Source: Craspedostauros australis
Taxonomy: Eukaryota
Direction of reading: 5' to 3'
NCBI GenBank assembly: GCA_030167865.1
Contig: JALAGF010000885.1
Coordinates: forward strand, 1 to 55,713
DNA: 55,713 nucleotides
The stretch's first letter is position 1. Every line of letters begins with the position of its first letter. Shown here in pieces: positions 46,258-55,713 of the stretch. The notes under the pieces are model-generated. The model worked only from the letters and a program-made list of their open reading frames with translations, was not told the DNA's origin and made no database searches. The translations under genes were made by a program, and so were the position numbers.

Positions 46258-46632
46258 TTGGGTTTGATTTGATTTGATTTGAAATCAGGGGACCAAGGGA
46301 AACAAGCGGGGCTGGCGGGCGACTGCGGCGCTGTGGTGTGGTGAAATGCGACCCATGGGCGAAAAGCGGTGCGGTGGAGTGCGAAGCGCAGTTGTACTGC
46401 ACAGCGAAGCACCAAACGGCCGCGGTTTCAATGAGTCCAGAACAAGACGGTGTACGGGAACAGCTGAGACGAAGAAATCACCACACCACCATCTCCCCAG
46501 TCACCGGCCAAACAGGCGAGCCAACCAAGTCAGTCCATTCAGTGAACTCCTTTGAGCCCATGCCAAGTTGGGGCTTCGGGTGAGGTGAGACCAAGTCCGA
46601 GCCAAATCAAATCAAAATCAAATCAAACCCAA
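46258..46632. repeat. Inverted repeat pair (24-25 bp arms of GATTT/AAATC units) bounding a 375-bp segment
   Basis: 46258-46281 ttgggtttgatttgatttgatttg is the reverse complement of 46608-46632 caaatcaaaatcaaatcaaacccaa apart from one extra A. Confidence 0.7.
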
Positions 46633-47996
46633 TTCAAATCCATCCACCACCCAGGCGATCCTGGTGGGATGCATATTTGGCAGTCAACTCGGTGTGTCAC
46701 CATCCTCATGCAACAGCGGCCTGCAATCGGTTCATCGATCGACCGATTGATCGACCACTCCCTGCGCTTCGCGTCGGGCTTCGGTGTCCTCTGTGTTGTT
46801 CACGGCGTCCACAAAACCAAACGCATCATCGCATCGCACTGCATCGGGCAGCACTGGGCCAAGTGGGTTGAATTCAATTCAATTCCGTAAGGCTGAACTG
46901 GGCTGAGTTGAGTTGGGTCGAGTTGTTGCACGTCCTGGACACACATCACCTGCTCCAGTGATAACATCAGCACGATTGTGCACGATTGTGGCACAACATC
47001 ACCAACGACAGCGACAGTGACATTCAAACAGTGCAGCTTTGGTGCAGTCGGTGTCGACGTGAACAGACCTCTGCACAACCAGACACAACTGCAACAAGCG
47101 ACAAGCGTCAGCCCAAACAACAACAACAACAATCCATCCAAACATCAATTCACCAGTCCGATCTCACACAAAATCATCTCGACCTTTCCCCTCTGCTTTC
47201 GCCTTCGTCCGAACTTGCGTTCGCATCCGCCGTGTTGACATCTTGCACTTCCTTCTTGTTGTGTCTCCAACGCCGCCTCCGACCGATCTCAACAACAACC
47301 TCCGAAACATCTCTGGGCAACCATCACACAACTCGCAACATACAACATACAACAAACAACCGATCAATCACGCGCTCTGGGACATCGTCGTCTCCTGAAC
47401 TCTGACCGGGACAACACGATCACTTGTACAACATCGCATCGATAACTCACGGCAACAACACCAACGGCAACGACAACGGCTACGACTCGAACAATAAACC
47501 GCCTCTGTGGAAATTCGTCACTCGCCTGTCCACTGATAAACTCAACCTCCGACCATCGAATCGTTCTTCCGATCACCGCGCCGGCCGTATTCATCGCTTC
47601 TCAACAACGACGACACTCTCTGCACCATCGCCGCAATCCTCTCGGCTGTGAACACGCGCATCCACATACGTTCGCATCTCTCGACACGCTTACACACACA
47701 ACGATACTTAATCGCATCGCAACGCTCTCTTTCGCACGGGACGAACTCTTGACTATCCCCTCGTCGGCCCACCAAACAACTTGGACAAACGCAATCCAAC
47801 CCAATCAACACAACAAACGCTTGATACCCAACCAACTGGTCAATCAAACCCCGGAAAACGGCACCCGCAATCGCACTTCCAATCTCGCGTGTCTTGTTGC
47901 AACGGCCAACTCCCTTCAAACAAACAACCTTTTGCAACCTCCGTTGGCCTCTTCGTGAAACTCTTCGTGGAATCCTCCGCGGACATCAATACCACC

Positions 47997-50900
47997 ATGC
48001 AATCGGTCTTCTGGCAACACTACCCCTCGATCGATGGATACTACTCTGTATTTGACTACTCCACGATGCCTGCAGCCACTCCCGCAAGTACGGCGACGTC
48101 CACGGCGACCGCAGAAACGACATCCAGCACAGCAACCATTGAGGCTGCTCTCACAACAAACGCAGACGCAAACGCAGTCGCAAACGAAACAACAGCCACA
48201 GGAATCGGATCCCACGGGTACCCATACCATCCTTCCAATCTTGTCTCTGCATCTCCTCCACGGCCACCGCTACCACCACCGCCTGGCATGCATTCCTTCC
48301 ACTCCCAGGCCATTCCCACGATGGTGGCTGCTCCGCTGACCACCCACGCTCATGCACACGATCATACGCACGCTCATGCACACGCTCATGCACATGCCCA
48401 CGCTGGACACCCCACTCACCACTCCCAGCCCAGTCAGCATGCTCACTTGAACCAGAATCAGCCCTTGCAGCCCTTGCTGCCTCTTCAGCACAACCAACAC
48501 AGCCAGCACAATCAGCACATCCCCGTCACTGCCAACCCATCCATGGAGGCCACCAGACCAAAGCCGCCACAGGACATCACAACAAAGCAAGAGCCCTCAT
48601 CTGCGCCCGAGACAGACTCTGCCACCGCCATTCCTCGCAGGAATCTCTGCAACGCGTTCGAAGAGATGTTTGTTGCTCATCCAAGCAAGAGAGACGACGA
48701 TTCCAAGTCCACCGCCGACGACAAGTCGCTGAAGCGCACGGACGCCACCGACATCGGCAAGAACAACATGGTATCTCCCACGTGCGTGGCGGACCTATCA
48801 CCGCCTCATCCAGTGCTTACAGCGCCCTCCATAACGAACACAAACGCAAACAGCACCACCGCCAACAACAACAACACGCAGAGCCAGAATCGAAGCAAGA
48901 ACCGAAAGAGCAAGAAGAACCAGAAACAAAGCAGCGCCAGCGGCGGGAACGATCATGCTTCGCCTGTTGTGCCTCAGTTTTACATGTACAGGGAACTCAA
49001 GCGAGACCTGTCGCAGGACCTCGTCAACCGGGTCTCCTTCTACGGCGTCATCCACGACATCAACAAGGAGGCCACGACGCTCGCGGCCAACGACGACTCC
49101 AGCTTCAACACGCTCAACAACACGATAGCCCTGGCTGCTGAACAGCACGATCCCCTCGTGCGGGCTGCCAACGGTCTGGCGCAGCACCCACCAGCGCAAC
49201 CTCACACATCCACCTCGAATGCCTTCTCCAACATCGCGCTCATCGACGAGGAGAAGTGGCTCCTCGACACCATCGACATTGCCAACGAGAAGCAGGCCCT
49301 CTCGCAGCTCGTCTGCCCCCCAACCTTCCTGCAAGCCATAGGAGAACGGGATTACGAGAATCCAGTCGCCAGCCTCTCCAGCAAGAGCCGCACTCAGCTA
49401 TGGAAGCCTTCCAGGAGTTGGTGGGAGGCCAAGAGCGGCAAGAACCCATGGATCGAGCCAAAGAGTCACAACAAGCGATGGAGGTAAGTATTTCCTGCAA
49501 CTCATCATATGTGGTGTGTCTGCTTTGTGATGTGATGTTGTGCATTGCTCCTGCGACTGCTGTTGCTGATACTTGTACTTTTACTTGTACTTTTACTTGT
49601 ACTTTTACTTTTACTTGGACAACCCACTCACACATTTGGACACGTCTACCATATGCAATACACTCCATCTTACAAACGCGCAATGAACAATGAACGATGA
49701 ACAATGGATAGGTATCTATGGCCACTCATCCACTATCACAAGTTCCTGGCCCGGTGCATCAAAAAGCTGAAGCGAAACGGAGTGGACGTCAAGGTGGCCG
49801 TATCGCCGGTCGCCGTTTTCCTCAGAGAAGATGTCTGCGCAGTCTCGGATCACCTGGCGTCCGTGTCACTGTTCGACTCAGAGAAGTGGATGTCCTGCCT
49901 CGCAAGATTCGACGGATGGACGAACTTCAGCGAGACGCACACCAAACGCATACGCCTAATCGTTGGAGGCCTGCAGCTGCGACCGCTGAATGAACCCGGG
50001 GATGTCGACAGCCCCTTGCTCAGGAGTCAGATCGACTCACAGTTCCTCCGCGTCATGGCGGCCACGAGACTCGAAATGAACGCCACCGCCACAACGCAGA
50101 AGGAACGGAACAAGAAGTCCAAGCAGTCCAAGCGAAACGGCGGAATGGAGTCCCACGCAGACTCGCGTTCCGCCGGACTACCGCCCACCCACCCCAAGAT
50201 CGGCGGCGGCTCCTCGCGAACGGACCATCACCGGCATCGGCAGTCTGGCTACGCGGGCAGAAGCCGTTCGGGCGGAAGTCACTCGTACCAGCAGCAATCC
50301 GCCAGCAGCAGCGTGCGCTTGCCGATTGGGCACAAGCATTCGCAGAGTCAACAGCACAGACCCTCCTCCGTGCTGTACACCAACTACATGGATGACTCCA
50401 GCGTCCAGTCCAACCTCACGGGCGACACCAGCCATTCGCACCACCACACGCGCCATCGCACGCAGAAGCACCGTCAGCCGCCGCAGTATCCACAGCATCA
50501 TCAACCGCAGCAGCAGCAGCAGCCTCATCAACCTCAGAGTCAGGTGTACACGACAAACAATGTCATGATGCAATCGCAGATCTGCCAGCCCATGATGTAC
50601 CCTCAGCCATTCCCCATGGCATCGGCGCAATCCGTTGGCAGTCTGGGGTCGACCACCACCGACTCGCAGTACTTCCAGCAATCCTTCTCGGAGCAGTACA
50701 GCATGAGCAGCAACGGAACCCAGTGGATGGGCATGCCAGCGCTCTCCAATCCGCAGATGTGGCAGATGCAAGGTATGGAAACCAACATGTATGCGCTGCC
50801 GCATCCGCATATGGACCCCTCCATGCAGATGTCCATGGCGCATCCCGGGCAGATACCACCGCAACCGAGCTCCGTCGACACCAGCCTTTCGACGCCGCAG

Positions 50901-51416
50901 AGAGATATGTCCCCGCAGAACGCGCAGTCCCCCTACTGGGGACACCTGGACACGTTAAGCGGCATCGTCACGCCGCCCAGCAAAGGCGTGCCGCAGACCC
51001 CCAGGCGCAGCCACACCCCCAAGTCGAGAAACACGAGCGGGGGCAAGACCCAGGATGCGTCGGACATGACGCTGCCTCCACAACAGGTGATGGGGCAACC
51101 CTGTTACCCCGTGGTCTACGGCGGAGGAGCAATGGAGTACATGCCACCTCACGCACCAACGCACGCCACCATGAGCCCACAGGCCAACGCCACATTCGCC
51201 TACAACTACGGATACGGCTTCACGCCACGCAAGGAGAAGCGATCAAACACGAGCCTTTCCTCGGAAGAGGAGCCCGTCATGGAGAAGGCCCCGACCACCA
51301 CCAAGTCAGTTTCGGCAGACAAGTGCCAACCAACTGGCGATGAGACCGCTGTCACAGAGGATGAGACAAGCGACGTCACATCGTCATCTACCAGATCCGA
51401 AACTTCATCATCATAA
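47997..51416 (+). CDS. Uncharacterised large protein with a Trp-rich folded core between disordered His/Gln/Pro-rich arms; 2 exons
   Basis: Exons 47997-49483 and 49712-51416 (GTAAGT donor, TAG acceptor, phase 2) rebuild KSHNKRWR|YLWPLIHYHKFL. The start could instead be ATG 48066. Confidence 0.85.
49571..49618. repeat. Intronic 12-bp tandem repeat (acttgtactttt) x3 plus a partial copy
   Basis: Read directly within intron 49484-49711. Confidence 0.85.
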
Positions 51417-51768
51417 AAGCACAACAGCATCACACATTATAGATTTTCCAAAAGAACGGCACGTACCGAACAGGTACCAGTGAAAGACAAACAAACAAAG
51501 CAGCAACCAAAAAGAAAGAACGAACGAAGATCTTCAACTTTTTAAACCCCAAATAGAATTTGAATGAACCTTGTACAAACACGTGATTCCATGCATTCTC
51601 ATACTTGTACCGGCACATGGGTGCATTGAGCACGATGACTCATCTTCGCAGTGCTGTTGGCCGAACTCACGAGTAGTCTCACCCTACGAGGTACGTATAA
51701 CCCATGAATTATCTTTATTGCTATTGCTGGCTGTGTCGAATGCGAACTGCATGGCTCGTACGAACGGC

Positions 51769-54700
51769 CTATCCGCTGTCTTCACTTTCCTTCACAATGT
51801 CGCTCTTGGTGTCGTCGAGGATGGCCATCTTGCGTTTCTGGGATGCGATCATGCTTTCCACTTCGCGGGCAGTGTCTCGGTTGGTGTTGCGGGTCTTGCG
51901 AAGCTCATCGTCCACCTTCGAGTCCGATGCCTCACCGCTGTCGTCGTTCTCCTGTGGATCGTCTCCATCCTCCTCGCCGAGATTACGCTTGAGGAAATTT
52001 CTCAACGGATTGTCACCAGCATCATCTCCTGCCGCTGCGTCGCTGCCATCTTCATCTTCGTCCTCATTCTCATCCACATCATCGCCAAATGCACCCACGA
52101 GCCGTTCCACTTTGACCTGAAGTATCTTCTTATCGTCCGCATTCCTAATCTCAAAGCACCAGCCGCGGCTCATGACAAAATCGCCGACGTTGGGGATTTC
52201 TCCAGAACAGTAACACAGGAATCCGCTCAGGGTGGAAAACTCCTTGTAGGCCTCCTCTTCTTCAAGGCGCAAAGACAGGATGGCGTCGCAATCCGCGAGG
52301 TCAGCATCTCCACGGATGAGGAAGGATCCATCCTCCTGCAACGTGATCGAGTCCTCCGAAAATTCAAAGTCTTCCTCCTGTATTGCAGCATCCGTGGAAC
52401 GTATCGTTTCATAGCAACAGCAGCAGCAGCAGACCGAAGCAGGATATGTTGTTCCGTCGTCGCCACACGTCAGTTGGGTGGCGGAATGGAAGGAACAGAG
52501 GGCAATTGAAAACCGAAGTGATCGCCAACGGAGATAGGAGAATAGTATGTTTGTTGTGAGATGCCAAAAATGACAAAAAATGCAAGATCCCAAAGAGGAA
52601 TACAGCCCGCAACGCAGCGCAGACCACCGGTTCTGTTTGCCACCCATCTGCCTCTCTCGCGCGCAGCTGATTCGTGACGAGCTGCACAGTCCATGTCCAA
52701 TGTCAAAGACAGCGGAGACGCGTGTGATGAACACGAACGCTCATAATGCAGTGCTCGCGGAGTACCAATGCTCACGCTCGCACGATGCGAAACCACACGG
52801 TGCGAACATGACACAGTACGTTGCCGAGCGATCCACCAGAATTTCGCCATCACAAGGGAAAGAGAGACACCCACGACTTAAACCGACATCATGGGCATCC
52901 ATCAACTCCGGCTCCCACCGATGCGCAACGAATACATTTTCGCCAAAAGTGTCTTTCTTGTTTCTTCACTTACATCATCTTCATCGTAGATCTCACCCAC
53001 GACTTCTTCCACGATGTCTTCCAGAGAAACCAAGCCCTCCGTCCCTCCGAACTCGTCGACGACGACTGCCATGTGGACACGACGGCGTCGCATCTCCTGC
53101 AAGACCGACCAACCGTTGGCGGTCTCTGGGACGAAGTAGCACGACTCGATGATTCCTGCCTCTTTGATGGAAGTATCCATCCTCGAAGCTAGTTCCTGAC
53201 CGGTCAAGGAACGGACGAATTGTTGTCCCTGCGAACCTTGGTCGATGGTGCCTGATGTTGTTGCATAGAACTTGGATGCTTCCGTGGTTGTTGCCGTCTC
53301 GTTCTCACTTTTGCCGTCGTTATCACCATTGCTGCCGGTGTCATCTCCGTTGTCTTGGGATGAGGAGTGATCACCCTTCGATAACTTCTTGATGACGTCT
53401 TCGTCGTCCACCAGAACGCCCCTGACGAAGAAGTCCAGAACGGACTTTGCCAGCACGATGCCGACGATGTTGTCGATCTCGCCATCGTACACAGGGATTC
53501 GGCTGTAGCCGCTCTCCCGCACCACGCCCAGCACGCTGGCGACGCTCATGGTGGACGGCACGGCGACGACTTCGACTCTCGGTTTCATGATCTCTCTCAC
53601 ACGCTGATTCTGCAGGCCGAGCACTCCCTGGATCATCTCCTGCTCGCCAGTGTCGATGGTGCCCGAATCGCGCGCTCCCGTGACGATGAGCCTCAGCTGG
53701 GAGTCGGAGATGCCGCCCTCCGATCCATTGTTCTTGAGTCCGATCAAGGTGAGCGTCTTCTTTGCGAGCCAGCTGAGGGTGATGCCGACGGGGCTGACGA
53801 TGGCAGATATGATGTTGACCACGGGGATGATGAGCCTGGCGACAGCTTCGGCGTTGGTGACACCGATGGACTTGGGCAGCAGCTCGACGAAGAAGAGGGT
53901 GAGGCCAGTCAAGGCGAGCGCTCCGTAACGCTCGCCCTTCATACCGAACATGGCCGCGACGAGGTGCGTAAAGATGGTCGTGGCGAAGATGGAGCAGGCG
54001 GTGGAGGTGACCAGGATGGTGGTGAGGACTCTCGTGATGTCCTCGTTCAAGACCTGGAAGGTGCCTCGCTTGCCCGCCTTCTCCTCCTCCTCAGCAAATT
54101 CACGAACCTTCCATGGGTACAGCGTGGTGACGGCGATCTCGCATGCGTGCAGCAAAGCGAGGACCGTGAACATTCCAAAGAACAGACCGGACAGTGAAAT
54201 CAGGTCATTCCTGGCACAGTAGTTGGTTACGTGATGTGCAATGATGTGATATGGCGAAGTGTGAGTATGATAGTGATATTGGTGCCGGTTGCGAGAGAAG
54301 GGCACAAGTTGCACGCATAGCATGCCAGAGTAGAGTAGAATCATAGATGGCGGTCCGTTGCGATTTACTCCAGCATGTAGTAGCGCAGTCGTCATCCACT
54401 TACCGCTTCATGGGAGCGACAGGTCCGGATCGTGACATCCCTCCACCCATGGCAAAGGCCATCATTGGCCTGGCAAACCAAGAAAGCAGCATGGATGCTG
54501 CGCTGACGATCATCATCCGGCTTGTTCTGCCTTTTCGGGTGGGAGATGTCATCCGACTTGTTCCTGTGACCGTTGCCGATGTGACCGTATCTGTGCTTGG
54601 CTTATCCTTTCGCAGCCTGCTCCACAGACGGACCACGTTCTCTTTTCGCTTGTGGAACCAGCCTCTGTCGCTCTGTCCCACACCATCGTTGCGATCAAAT

Positions 54701-54873
54701 CTCATGTGCAAGGAGGACGATGTGATTGGAGTCTGCGCACGACGGCATTGTTGACGAGAAGGGAATGGCGCTCGCGAGATGATGCCGTGCTGTGGAACCA
54801 AAGCGAGCGCTGGATGGTTGACGGCGCTGAACACGACTACTGCCTGCAGGAGGCAGACGATGACGGAACTCAT
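51769..54873 (-). CDS. CNNM/DUF21 + CBS pair + CorC_HlyC domain protein (Mg2+ transporter family), probably plastid-targeted; 3 exons
   Basis: Exons 54873-54404, 54210-52974 and 52377-51769 (phases 2 and 0, in frame). Motifs [80 protein letters not shown] and a CorC-type STLSGFL...GEIPNVGD. The N-terminus is a signal peptide plus a basic/hydroxylated transit-like region. Confidence 0.93.
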
Positions 54874-55406
54874 GGTCTTTGGTGTCCTGATCTTGTGATG
54901 CGCTGTCTTGGATGTCGGAATTGGCGTGGGCGCCGATCGGTGGTGTTTGAATGACGCACAATCCCGAATCAATGAGCAACCGCGGAACAGTTGATGTGTC
55001 TGTCCGAGTACGAAGACGAGTCCGAGTACTCGTATCTCGATGTCCTTGTTTGCGATCGCAACTGGATCCTCCCTTCGGTTCGGGTGTTGTGGCTTCGGGA
55101 ATGAGTGCTCGTGCGTCAAGACGATGAGATGTGCGTTGCGATGTGATGCGCGATGTTGGGTGGAGCAGAACCACAAGAAAACCTCCGGACTGATGGCATC
55201 CATCAGCAGGAGCACAGATCTGATCTGCTCTTTCTGGGATCGTTTTGATGTGTTGGTTGTGGTTGGTGTTGGTGCTCACCAAAGCGGAGAATTTCTGAGA
55301 TGTCAACAACGGAATCTTCCTTGAGTCACGATACGTGACAGCATCAGTCACGAAAAGAATGTGTAGTCTCACCATATGACCCCACTTAGTGAGTCGACCT
55401 GCACTT

Positions 55407-55713
55407 TGTTACGGGACTCCAGAACTTTTGTCTCAGATATCCAAACAACGTACATATTCGTATTCTCCTACCTCTCCTTATAAATAATTAACCATTACAT
55501 TTTTGAGATAGATCCTATTTTAAGTTTTATGGACCCGACAATGTGCGCATTTTTAGACTGCTTTAGGGACTCGGCCGTCTTCTACCGACTACATCGATCC
55601 AATTTAACCCTTTGCTGTTCTTTGTTTCTGCAACTTTGTTCCGATTTTGAATTGTTTAGTCTCTTTTTCAGGTGTTCGGATGAGACCATCCAACAGTCCA
55701 TCCACGATAGCAC
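55407..55713. mobile_element. Possible end of an LTR retrotransposon, or an AT-rich promoter/UTR, running off the window
   Basis: Visible shift to AT-rich sequence beginning near TGTTACGG (55407), TATAAATA at 55479 and gttttatggaccc at 55524-55536, which loosely resembles the copia-type primer-binding site GGTTATGGGCCC. No second LTR or pol ORF is present in the window. Confidence 0.22.

Noticed and set aside
1-55713. tRNA, rRNA, prokaryotic operons or defence systems
   Set aside because: No cloverleaf/T-loop or rRNA-like sequence was noticed by eye, and the genes are intron-containing eukaryotic genes. A tRNAscan-SE/Infernal run would be needed to exclude small RNAs formally.

Overview
Eukaryotic nuclear DNA, most likely from a pennate diatom. 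The evidence is GT-AG spliceosomal introns, bipartite signal-plus-plastid-transit presequences, a diatom-type cyclin and several diatom-style unknown proteins. The taxon is inferred, not proven. About 16 protein-coding genes can be modelled. In order: a 5'-truncated Pro/Ser/Thr tandem-repeat protein with a Lys/Gly tract and a C-terminal Cys-rich domain; a small unknown protein with an RVxF-like motif; a 4-exon plastid/thylakoid-targeted coiled-coil and pentapeptide-repeat protein; two MFSD6-like transporters flanking a Deg/HtrA protease; an LYR protein; proteasome beta subunit PSMB1; a His/Gln-rich protein with a compact C-terminal domain; a cyclin; NAA20; a tentative 2-exon orphan; a DHA1-like MFS transporter with a long soluble N-terminus; two large, mostly disordered unknown proteins; and a plastid-type CNNM/CBS/CorC Mg transporter. 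No rRNA, tRNA or CRISPR array was seen. Non-coding candidates are two short inverted-repeat-bounded segments, many degenerate 5-bp-period tracts and an AT-rich possible LTR end at the right edge. The best candidates for undescribed biology are the mucin/silaffin-like protein, the thylakoid repeat protein and the uncharacterised conserved-looking domains. Exon boundaries were read by eye and checked for frame, with no database search.
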